Positions 1 to 7,723 of a stretch of DNA of 64,000 bases are shown one piece after another. The notes under the pieces were generated by a model. That model searched no databases and was not told the origin of the DNA. It saw only the letters and a list, made by a program, of their open reading frames with translations. Source of the DNA: a virus. Numbering within the stretch: the first letter of the stretch is position 1; every line of letters starts with the position of its first letter. The stretch is from positions 17,892 through 81,891 of the IMG/VR virus record IMGVR_UViG_3300027917_000034; one strand, given 5' to 3'. The position numbers and the translations under genes are program-made.

Positions 1-420
1 CTGAAGAAGGTGCTGGAGAAGAAGGTCCGGAGCGCCCAAGAGGTGCATCAGGAGCTTGCCACGGCCGTCGATCGGGAGTGGTCCTGGCACGACCTGGAGG
101 ACGAGGAGCAGGCCACTCTGAGCGAGATGGTCACGCTCGTCCACGAGGCCACGACGGAGTGGCGCGGCATGTACGACGTCCCGATGCTTCTGGACAGGCT
201 CGTCGTCGTGGACTTCAAGAAAGAGACCATGCTGGGGACGTGCGACCGGAAGACCGGGCAGGTGAAGATCACCAGACGCCTGCTCGTCTCCCCAGAGGAC
301 GCGCTCACGACGCTCGTGCACGAGGAAGCGCACGCGCTCTCGGCCGCAAGCGACGGGGCGAAGCAGCACATAGCGATGATCGAAGCCATCTGGTCCCGGC
401 TGTACTTCTCGAAAAGTTGA
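1..420 (+). CDS. 5'-truncated protein with C-terminal zincin-like HExxH motif
   Basis: Frame open from base 1; 'LVHEEAHALS' followed by a distal His. Confidence 0.6.
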   Translation: MKKVLEKKVRSAQEVHQELATAVDREWSWHDLEDEEQATLSEMVTLVHEATTEWRGMYDVPMLLDRLVVVDFKKETMLGTCDRKTGQVKITRRLLVSPEDALTTLVHEEAHALSAASDGAKQHIAMIEAIWSRLYFSKS

Positions 421-451
421 CTATCGCCGGGCTTTATGGGAAGGGTGGTCC

Positions 452-703
452 ATGGCTGACGAGAAGACCCTGCAAGACGAAGTGTCCGAGACCACGGACC
501 AGGAGCGCCGCATGCGCGCCCTGAAGCTGATCCGCCTCATGAAGGGCGACATCGTGACGTGCATGCAGACCGGAGCCCCGCTCGTCGTGGAAGGGGAGGG
601 TCCGCTGAAAGCTCTCATGACCGTGGTAGAGGTGGCCGAGCACGCGACCCTGAAGGAGATGGCCCCGGTTCTCGGAGCAGACGGGAAGGTCGTGAAGCTG
701 TAA
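452..703 (+). CDS. hypothetical protein
   Basis: 83 aa; stop overlaps next ATG (TAATG). Confidence 0.7.
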   Translation: MADEKTLQDEVSETTDQERRMRALKLIRLMKGDIVTCMQTGAPLVVEGEGPLKALMTVVEVAEHATLKEMAPVLGADGKVVKL

Positions 704-1338
704 TGGGCGACGTGGTGGAGATGAAGAGGAAGGTCCGGGCGCAGGTGGCCCGGTTCGGCCATACGTTCCGTGCCGAGTACCAGGCCGGAGGGCACCCGTC
801 ACAGGCGGACCCGCAGGCGGCCCTGTACGTGGACGGCGCCTTCTTCGCATGGCTCGCCGTGGGCTTCCACGTCCTCGACTGGAAGGCCCTGTACCTGGAC
901 CTGGACGACGACCACGTGCTGGTCCCTCCGGACATGGTGGGCATGAGCCCGACGACCGAGGACACCAAGGACCACCGCTTCCTGTTGGAGGCCGAGGACT
1001 ACATCCTGGCCCTACTCACAGAGGGGCTCGTGCGGGCGCTGGGAGCCTCCGAGACGGGCGGAGAGGAGCCCCAAGGAACGGTGGACCCCCGGAACCTTCA
1101 CCCGCGCGAGAGGGCCTCCAGAGCCGTTGCCATCTGGCACGACCACGGCAAGGACGAGGAGCGGCTCCCGGACCTCATCGCCATAGAGATTTACGACGCG
1201 CTGGACGGGATGGGCATGACCCTGGCCGACGCCGTGGACGAGCACATCGAAGAAGGCGGCGAGCGGACGGAGTGTGGCGACCTGATCCGCGCTCTCGTGG
1301 ACGACACCCTTCAAGCGTGGCGTGGAGGTGAGTCATGA
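703..1338 (+). CDS. hypothetical protein
   Basis: Start moved to ATG 703, coupled to upstream stop; ATGA overlap downstream. Confidence 0.7.
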   Translation: MGDVVEMKRKVRAQVARFGHTFRAEYQAGGHPSQADPQAALYVDGAFFAWLAVGFHVLDWKALYLDLDDDHVLVPPDMVGMSPTTEDTKDHRFLLEAEDYILALLTEGLVRALGASETGGEEPQGTVDPRNLHPRERASRAVAIWHDHGKDEERLPDLIAIEIYDALDGMGMTLADAVDEHIEEGGERTECGDLIRALVDDTLQAWRGGES

Positions 1339-1544
1339 AGCAGTGGACGACGGAGAATCTGATCGTCGCGGTCTTCTTCGCGGTCATCCTGTCGTTCGCC
1401 GTGTTCGGCGTCGTCGGGTCGTGTCGCGTGCGGGAGGCACAGGCGCAGGTCGGACAGACGCACGAGGAGAGGCAGACGATCGCGCTCGAAAAGATCGCGA
1501 ACGAGCTAGGGAGGATGAGGCGAGATGGGATCAAGTGCCGATAG
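1335..1544 (+). CDS. small membrane protein
   Basis: GGAGG RBS; hydrophobic LIVAVFFAVILSFAVFGVVG. Confidence 0.7.
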   Translation: MKQWTTENLIVAVFFAVILSFAVFGVVGSCRVREAQAQVGQTHEERQTIALEKIANELGRMRRDGIKCR

Positions 1545-1554
1545 GGAGAAGGCG

Positions 1555-1737
1555 ATGACGGTGGCCGGGCGACTGGCCCCGCAATTCTTCGCGGAAGGTC
1601 ACGAGCGCGTCTACGTGGCGTGGTGCTGCGGTCGCGTGATCGTCAAGCCCGCCGAGGTGAAGGCGTGCAAGACGTGTGAGAAGGTGCCGGAGGGAGAGTG
1701 GCTGACGCCCGACAATCTCCACTCGACGGTCGGGTAG
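1555..1737 (+). CDS. small Cys-rich (Zn-ribbon-like) protein
   Basis: WCCG...CKTC; GGGAG upstream. Confidence 0.55.
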   Translation: MTVAGRLAPQFFAEGHERVYVAWCCGRVIVKPAEVKACKTCEKVPEGEWLTPDNLHSTVG

Positions 1738-2042
1738 TAGCTCGACCCTGTATCGGCTGCGGCTTCTGCTGCATGAAGGCCCCCTGCGCCATCTTCACAG
1801 AGGCGATGAAGAAAGCCACGCAGGACGGGTGGCCGAGCGGCTGCCCCGAGTTGGCTTTCGAGGAAGGGAGGCACTGGTGCGGCGTACTCAAGAGCATGAA
1901 GACGGCCAAGAGCCGGAACCTCGTGAAGGGGGTTCTGAGCATCGGGGAGGGGTGTTGCTCCGGCCTCAACAGTTGGCGCCGCGAGCCGATCAAGGACCGC
2001 AGGTCCGGCCAGAGCTACTCCTCCGATTCGTCCAAGCGCTGA
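1698..2042 (+). CDS. YkgJ/FliB-like cysteine-cluster protein
   Basis: CIGCGFCC...C...CPEL...C pattern; GGAGG before GTG. Confidence 0.6.
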   Translation: MADARQSPLDGRVVARPCIGCGFCCMKAPCAIFTEAMKKATQDGWPSGCPELAFEEGRHWCGVLKSMKTAKSRNLVKGVLSIGEGCCSGLNSWRREPIKDRRSGQSYSSDSSKR

Positions 2043-2200
2043 TCCGGAACACGTTCAACGGCGATGCCATTCGGCTCGCTCTCATGTGGGCTCAGTCCGA
2101 GTCCGGGGCCTCCGATGAAGAGGTCCAGCTACTCGTCCAGGCTATCCGAAACGAGCACCCCGGCTGCAACGCCGGGGGCGGCATGTTCGAGCCCTTCTGA

Positions 2201-2215
2201 GCGACCAGTGGTCGC
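2201..2215. promoter_or_regulatory. 15-bp palindrome GCGACCAGTGGTCGC, copy 1 of 4
   Basis: Identical intergenic copies at 10186 and 19645; reverse complement at 50305. Confidence 0.75.
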
Positions 2216-2265
2216 AGGCGATCTGCCTGACATTCCGTGCTATTCTGGAAAACTCAGGAGGCACC

Positions 2266-3138
2266 ATGTACGACCTGGACAACACCAGCCTCGGGCTCTG
2301 GGTAGACCTGCCGAGGCGGATGGTTCTCACCCCTGACTTCTTCCGCTGGTTCGCTGAGACGCTCCGGTTCGACCTCATGTCGATCATGATCGATGACGCG
2401 GACCCAGCGGTGGAGTTTTCTTGGACTGAGAAGGATGTCGAGCGAGCCCTCAAGATGGCCGACCCTTACGCCATCGAGATCGCGCTCACGACCTGGCCGT
2501 ACCCGGACGTGAACCTGCTTCGCCTCATGGAGCAGAAGATGGACGCGCTGCTCGGCGTTGGGCCGGTGGGCGAGTGGGAGACGGACCAGGAATTCAACTG
2601 GCAAGAGGACGACGTGAACGGCTTCGCCAACCTCGACAAGGCGGGCGATGCGTTGGTCGATATCAAGGGCCGGCTCTGCGACAAGCACGGCTGCCGGAAC
2701 ACGATGACGACCTTCACCTACCATCGGGAGAACAGCCCGAAGGCTGACACCGCGCAGCACATGGACCGTGTGATGGTCCAGGCGTATGCGACCGACGAGC
2801 GGGACGGCAAGCCGGTCACGTGGGACCACCGCTTCGGCCCTGGCCGTATGCAAACTCTCACCCTCAACCGCACGATGAAGGTGCCAGGTGTCGCGGCCGG
2901 CGTGGTCGAGCTAGGTGTGGGTCATGCGGCGTGGAATCAAGACGGCTTCCGGCGCCGGGTGGACGGAGAGTGGGTCGTCATGCCGGCCAACGACGCGATG
3001 GTGGCATCGTTCGAGGCATCGCTCCACTACAAGCCCGTGGCGCACAACTGGTGGAGCGCGAAATTCTGCTACCCACAGAGCCGCCGGTTCCTGTCCTACG
3101 CCGAGACCTTCCTCGTCGGGCTCCGGGAAGCCGCCTAG
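2266..3138 (+). CDS. putative glycoside-hydrolase-like TIM-barrel protein (GH25-like)
   Basis: AGGAGG RBS; WxYP, DxE ('ETDQE') and 'MVQAY' motifs; function tentative. Confidence 0.45.
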   Translation: MYDLDNTSLGLWVDLPRRMVLTPDFFRWFAETLRFDLMSIMIDDADPAVEFSWTEKDVERALKMADPYAIEIALTTWPYPDVNLLRLMEQKMDALLGVGPVGEWETDQEFNWQEDDVNGFANLDKAGDALVDIKGRLCDKHGCRNTMTTFTYHRENSPKADTAQHMDRVMVQAYATDERDGKPVTWDHRFGPGRMQTLTLNRTMKVPGVAAGVVELGVGHAAWNQDGFRRRVDGEWVVMPANDAMVASFEASLHYKPVAHNWWSAKFCYPQSRRFLSYAETFLVGLREAA

Positions 3139-3149
3139 ACCCTTTGCTC

Positions 3150-3178
3150 TTGACGTGAAGGCCCGTTTCTGCTAGGTT
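3150..3178 (+). promoter_or_regulatory. sigma70-type promoter
   Basis: TTGACG-N17-TAGGTT with TG extension. Confidence 0.6.
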
Positions 3179-3221
3179 CTAGTCAGATGCGAGAAGTTTT
3201 CTCGCAGGGAGGAAGACGACC

Positions 3222-3890
3222 ATGGAACCGGAGCAGATCACCATCGAAGCCGCCGTGAAGGCCATGGACTGGCCCGTGGAGAAGTGGGAGGGCAACTGCT
3301 TCGCGGTCGCCACTCAACTTGTCAAGAGCGGGCTCGTGAAAGGCGAGGCGGTCTACGGCGCCTGGTACGGGGAGATCAACCCCCTCGGTTATTGGGGAGG
3401 CCGGGCCGGCGGGATGTTCGTCCGGCACGGTTGGGTGCTCCTGCCGGACGGACGCATCCTGGACCCGACGCGGTGGTCGTTCGAGGGTGTGGAGCCCTAC
3501 ATCTGGATCGGCTCTGGGGATGCCAAGGAGTACGACCACGGCAACAACCGGCTCCAAGAGATGGTGATCAACCGGACCCCGTGGCCGCACTTCGATGACG
3601 GTACCGGAGAGTACCTGTTCGAGCTACTCCCCGAGATCGTGGACGACCTGGAGAACGGCGGGGCGGTGCTCCGTGACCCGTTCGACCCGGAGCAGATGGA
3701 ACGTGACCCGCTGGACTTCTCCCACTACCGGCTGACGCTCACGCGAGAGCAGGTGTTCTGGATCGCAAACTTCCCCCTGACGCGGTTCTCCACCAAGCAA
3801 CACGCCCGGGAGGTCTACATTCAGATCGGGGAGCACAAGTTGGATGCGTACATCCCGATCGACAACCGACGAGCGGTGCTCGGCAAATGA
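3222..3890 (+). CDS. transglutaminase/papain-fold-like protein
   Basis: Cys-His-Asp order: GNCF...HGWV...LDPT. Confidence 0.5.
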   Translation: MEPEQITIEAAVKAMDWPVEKWEGNCFAVATQLVKSGLVKGEAVYGAWYGEINPLGYWGGRAGGMFVRHGWVLLPDGRILDPTRWSFEGVEPYIWIGSGDAKEYDHGNNRLQEMVINRTPWPHFDDGTGEYLFELLPEIVDDLENGGAVLRDPFDPEQMERDPLDFSHYRLTLTREQVFWIANFPLTRFSTKQHAREVYIQIGEHKLDAYIPIDNRRAVLGK

Positions 3891-4567
3891 GGTGGGAGTG
3901 GATATGGTCGTGTCCCTACCCGGATGAGGTCTGGAGGCAGTGGATGGATGAGAACATCGGCAAGGTGGCCCTACAGACGACCTGGGAGCAGAAGGTCAAG
4001 GACTGCACCCGCTGTCGTCTCCACGAGGGCCGGAACCAGATCGTCTACGGCATCGGGAACGCCGAGGCCCCGGACTTCCTATTCATCGGAGAGGGGCCAG
4101 GAGCCCACGAGGACCAGGAAGGGGAGCCGTTCGTCGGCCCGGCCGGGAAACTCCTGGACACGATCCTGAAGCACATGGGCTACACTCGGGAGGACGTCTA
4201 CATCTGCAACGTGGTCTCCTGCCGGCCACCGGGCAACCGTGACCCGAAGCCCGACGAGCTAGAGGCGTGCATGCCGGTCTGGACGTCTCAGGTCGTCGCC
4301 GTCCGGCCGAAGATGATCATCGCGCTCGGCAAGATCGCTGGGAACGTGCTTCTGGGCACCAAGGGACAGGCCATCGTCCAGATGCGGAAGAAGATCCACA
4401 CGTGGAACAAGACACCCGTGCAGATCACCTACCACCCGGCCGGGATGCTGCGGAACGAGCAGTACAAGCAACCGGCATGGGACGACCTGCGGAAGGCCAT
4501 GGCGCACGTGAAGGCGATGAAGGAGCGCGCACAGGACGCCGGGCCGCTGTTCGGAGGTGAGGCATGA
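3887..4567 (+). CDS. udg: uracil-DNA glycosylase, family 4 (4Fe-4S)
   Basis: CTRCRL, GEGPG, PFVGPAG, CRPPGNR, YHPA; true start may be downstream. Confidence 0.93.
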   Translation: MRWEWIWSCPYPDEVWRQWMDENIGKVALQTTWEQKVKDCTRCRLHEGRNQIVYGIGNAEAPDFLFIGEGPGAHEDQEGEPFVGPAGKLLDTILKHMGYTREDVYICNVVSCRPPGNRDPKPDELEACMPVWTSQVVAVRPKMIIALGKIAGNVLLGTKGQAIVQMRKKIHTWNKTPVQITYHPAGMLRNEQYKQPAWDDLRKAMAHVKAMKERAQDAGPLFGGEA

Positions 4568-5241
4568 ACGAGGTGGAACCCATCCTCATGGACGCGGACG
4601 GGAACCGGGTGCTGCCCAAGGATCGCGTGATGGTGCTCCGTGGGAAGCACAAGGGGGAGCTTGCGATCGTCACACGCATCGGCCTGAAAGACTGGAAGGG
4701 CCAGAGTGGACGAACGCCACGGACCTGCGCCGTCGTAGACGTTGTTGGGAACAGATGGGGGCCGTTCGGCATCCTCGGGGATGGCGTCCGGCTCCTAGAA
4801 AGACACGAGGACAACATGGTCAAGGCGAACACGGTGCCGGCGTGGCTCCACGTCTACAGGTTCAACCTGCGTTTCTACTTCACGAGCGCGATGAGCCATC
4901 TGGACTACGACACCAAGGATGTGGGCGCGATGGTCGCGGCAGTCACGTCGCGCGGGTTCGAGTTGTGGCGCGGCATCGTGCCGGGCAAGAACCTGCTTCA
5001 AGAGATCGGGGAGGCGGACAAGGTGACGGCGACCCTGATGGACCAGGAAGGCGAAGCCGGTCGCTGTGTCGTCATGAAGATCGCGGACCCGGACTACCTG
5101 CCTTTCGGCATCGGCATCGAGCTAGGTGGGCAGCGTGTCGGCAGGCTAGACGCCACGGACTCGGAGATTGCGCTGGAGGGCGTCGTCTTCCGCACCTGCG
5201 AGGTGATCGGAGTCGAGGACGACGTGCCCGGCGATGACTGA
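4564..5241 (+). CDS. hypothetical protein with N-terminal KOW-like motif
   Basis: DRVMVLRGKHKGELAIV; GGAGG RBS; ATGA overlap. Confidence 0.6.
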   Translation: MNEVEPILMDADGNRVLPKDRVMVLRGKHKGELAIVTRIGLKDWKGQSGRTPRTCAVVDVVGNRWGPFGILGDGVRLLERHEDNMVKANTVPAWLHVYRFNLRFYFTSAMSHLDYDTKDVGAMVAAVTSRGFELWRGIVPGKNLLQEIGEADKVTATLMDQEGEAGRCVVMKIADPDYLPFGIGIELGGQRVGRLDATDSEIALEGVVFRTCEVIGVEDDVPGDD

Positions 5242-5476
5242 CGACGGGAAAGACCTCGGCCCTTTCGACCGAAAGGCGATGCTGGCCAAGTTGCCTTCGG
5301 ATGCGAAGGTGATCGACCGGGCGAACGTGGAGCAGGTAGCGCGCATCTGCGGTCCGTCCTCGCACGCGGCTCAGGCGCTCGCACGCGCGGACGCACACGG
5401 CGGACCTGTCCGGTTCTGGCACTCGGCCGAGTTGGGCATGCTGTGGTTGGAATTGCCCGAGGACAAGAGGCATTAG
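5234..5476 (+). CDS. hypothetical protein
   Basis: 80 aa, overlaps upstream stop. Confidence 0.6.
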   Translation: MTDDGKDLGPFDRKAMLAKLPSDAKVIDRANVEQVARICGPSSHAAQALARADAHGGPVRFWHSAELGMLWLELPEDKRH

Positions 5477-5512
5477 TTGTGACTACCAGCAAACTTCTCT
5501 ATAGTCAGGAGC

Positions 5513-5740
5513 GTGAACGCGAAAGACCAGAGCCGCTGCGTCGTCTGCGGCAAGCCCATCGAAGGCAAGGGAGTCCGCATCGCGAAGGGCACGCTCCGCA
5601 ACGGCGAGTGGCGGCAACGCTCCGTCTTCGGAGACGCCCACGAGACGTGCTTCGCCTCGGCAGTCGAGTCCCCCAAGATGGTGGTGGACGAGTTGCGGAG
5701 GGCCGCTCGTGAGCCGTGTACTGGACAACCTGCGCGTTGA
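5513..5740 (+). CDS. small Zn-finger-like protein
   Basis: CVVCGKPI...HETC. Confidence 0.6.
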   Translation: MNAKDQSRCVVCGKPIEGKGVRIAKGTLRNGEWRQRSVFGDAHETCFASAVESPKMVVDELRRAAREPCTGQPAR

Positions 5741-5963
5741 GCTAGAGGCCGCTGGCCTGAAACCGGGATCGCCTCCGTTCGAGAAGGAGTTTCGATCCCG
5801 GAAGGTACAGCTATGCAAAGAGGCCAAGCGGATCGGCTCATGTTGGGACTGCGACTACTTCGACCACTGCGAATTGGTGAAGGCACACCTTCGCGATCTC
5901 TACAAGGTCGAGCAGGGGGAGAAAGGAGGGCCAGGTGGAGGCTCGACCTCAACACGCTCTTGA
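5709..5963 (+). CDS. small Cys-rich protein
   Basis: C...CWDC...C; GGAGG upstream. Confidence 0.55.
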   Translation: MSRVLDNLRVELEAAGLKPGSPPFEKEFRSRKVQLCKEAKRIGSCWDCDYFDHCELVKAHLRDLYKVEQGEKGGPGGGSTSTRS

Positions 5964-6201
5964 GGACCGGGCGCTCCTGGCGGAGATTGCCAGGGCGCTC
6001 GTAGATGCGCCCATTCACGTTCGCGTGGAGGAAGAAGACCAGGGATCGAAGCTGGTCCTCTACCTCTACGTGCTCCCTTCCGACCGGGGGCGGATCATCG
6101 GCAAGCGAGGCCGCACCATCCGCGCCCTGCGTCAACTGTTCTCAGCCATCGGCATGGCAGACGGCCGGCAGGTCGTTGTCGAGGTAGACGAATCCGATTG
6201 A
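5935..6201 (+). CDS. khpA: KH-domain RNA-binding protein, KhpA/YlqC family
   Basis: Single-domain 88 aa; 'IARALVD.P', 'DRGRIIGKRGRTIRALR' (GxxG loop), C-terminal 'V.VEV'. Confidence 0.88.
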   Translation: MEARPQHALEDRALLAEIARALVDAPIHVRVEEEDQGSKLVLYLYVLPSDRGRIIGKRGRTIRALRQLFSAIGMADGRQVVVEVDESD

Positions 6202-6226
6202 CAATCGCACCCCTTTATGGTACAAA
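6198..6226 (+). promoter_or_regulatory. sigma70-type promoter
   Basis: TTGACA-N17-TACAAA with TG extension. Confidence 0.6.
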
Positions 6227-6296
6227 AGGGATGTGAATCGGGCATTGTGGCCGGGGCACGGTTGCCCCCGCCCGCTGCTAGAAGGAGAGGAAGACC

Positions 6297-6872
6297 ATGA
6301 CGTTCGATGAAGCGATCCACACGTATGTCGAGTCCCTGTTGACGGGCGACCTCATGACCGCCGACGCGGAGACGGCCAACGTCGAGTCCGTGGTCCAGGC
6401 ATGGGTTCTCCTGAAGTACACCCAGGACCGTATCGAGGCTCGCCTGAAGGGCCTGCGGAACGTGCTTCTGGACCGCGCCGAGGAATTCGGCAAGTCCACC
6501 GAGAAGGGAGGGAACAAGCTCTCGGTCGATGGCACCGTCGTCCTGCGGGAGAAGCGGGTCGCGGCGCTCCCCGAGGAGAAGGGGCTCCGGGCTCTCCTAG
6601 AGGACCGAGGGATCAAGCCGACTGAGGCGTTCTCCAAGGTCACGAAAGTCGTCCTGGACGCCTCCAAGGTCCAGGCGCTCGTGGACCTGGGGAAGTTGCC
6701 CGAGGACAAGGTGCAGGCGCTCAAGAAGGTCACGTGGGCTCTCCGCGTGAAGGAGTCGTTCGAGTTGGCCGAAGCCCTCGACGCGATCGTCGGTGAAGCC
6801 GGCGAAGAGATCGTGGAGAAGGCCCCCCGCGCCAAGCGCTCCAAGCCGTCCGGCTCTCGAAAGGGGGAGTGA
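6297..6872 (+). CDS. hypothetical protein
   Basis: 191 aa; GAGG RBS. Confidence 0.75.
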   Translation: MTFDEAIHTYVESLLTGDLMTADAETANVESVVQAWVLLKYTQDRIEARLKGLRNVLLDRAEEFGKSTEKGGNKLSVDGTVVLREKRVAALPEEKGLRALLEDRGIKPTEAFSKVTKVVLDASKVQALVDLGKLPEDKVQALKKVTWALRVKESFELAEALDAIVGEAGEEIVEKAPRAKRSKPSGSRKGE

Positions 6873-6873
6873 C

Positions 6874-7713
6874 ATGGGCGACATGACCGTCGAGAGGCTT
6901 CCGAGCAGCGCGTTCGCACCGAAGACCGACCTCGTGTACGAGGATGTGAACAAGCTCCTCCCACTGTTCGACCAGATCGCCTTCAAGGCCAACCTCATCC
7001 TCGTCGGTCCGAAGGGCGTGGCGAAGACGCTCTCGATCGCCTCGTGGGCCGCGTCCAACGACTGCCCCATCGTCACGTTCGACTGCTCCGAGGACGTGCG
7101 CCGGGCACACCTGCTCGGCATGTTCACGCTCCGGGGCGACGAGTCGCCATTCGTGCTCGGCCCGCTGCCGACCGCCATCGAAGTCGCGAACGAGGTGGGC
7201 CGGTGTGTCCTCTGCCTGGAGGAGATCAACGCGCTCACTCCCAGCGTCCAGAAGATGCTGAATGCGATCGGAGATTACCGGCGGCGCATCGAGGTGCCCG
7301 AGTGCCAGCGCGTGTTCGAGTTGGACCCGAAGGCGAAACTGTGGCTCTGCGGGACCATGAACACGAGCGTCTACGGCGGCGTCTACGAGTTGAACGAGGA
7401 CTTGAAGTCCCGGTTCCGCATGCTGCCGGTCGGCTACCCGGGCAAGGGCGAAGAGACGCGCATCCTGAAGGCGTGCGTCGGCAACGGGGTGAAGAAGGAG
7501 ACGGTCAAGGACATCCTCACCCTCGCGCACGAGACGCGCCAGAAGTCGCTGGCCTACTCGCTCTCGCCTCGTGACACGGTGCAGATCTTGGAGGACGTCG
7601 GCCACTGCGGTCTGGAGAGCGCTCTGTTGCTCGCCAGCGGCAAATTCGAGGGCCAGGACAGGGACTTCTTCCTGACCCGCGTGTCGTCGGTCTTCGGCAT
7701 CACACTGAAGTAG
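6874..7713 (+). CDS. MoxR/CbbQ-NirQ-NorQ/CobS-type AAA+ ATPase
   Basis: Walker A GPKGVAKT, Walker B CLEEIN, 'GTMN', 'LKSRF'; adjacent VWA gene. Confidence 0.88.
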   Translation: MGDMTVERLPSSAFAPKTDLVYEDVNKLLPLFDQIAFKANLILVGPKGVAKTLSIASWAASNDCPIVTFDCSEDVRRAHLLGMFTLRGDESPFVLGPLPTAIEVANEVGRCVLCLEEINALTPSVQKMLNAIGDYRRRIEVPECQRVFELDPKAKLWLCGTMNTSVYGGVYELNEDLKSRFRMLPVGYPGKGEETRILKACVGNGVKKETVKDILTLAHETRQKSLAYSLSPRDTVQILEDVGHCGLESALLLASGKFEGQDRDFFLTRVSSVFGITLK

Positions 7714-7723
7714 CGGGGGCGCC

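Noticed and set aside
1829-2200. ORF ending MFEPF
   Set aside because: 3' half looks coding, but no credible start could be placed; left unannotated
3887-4567. Uracil-containing or hypermodified genome
   Set aside because: UDG plus ThyX point to normal thymine DNA; no modification cluster in this window
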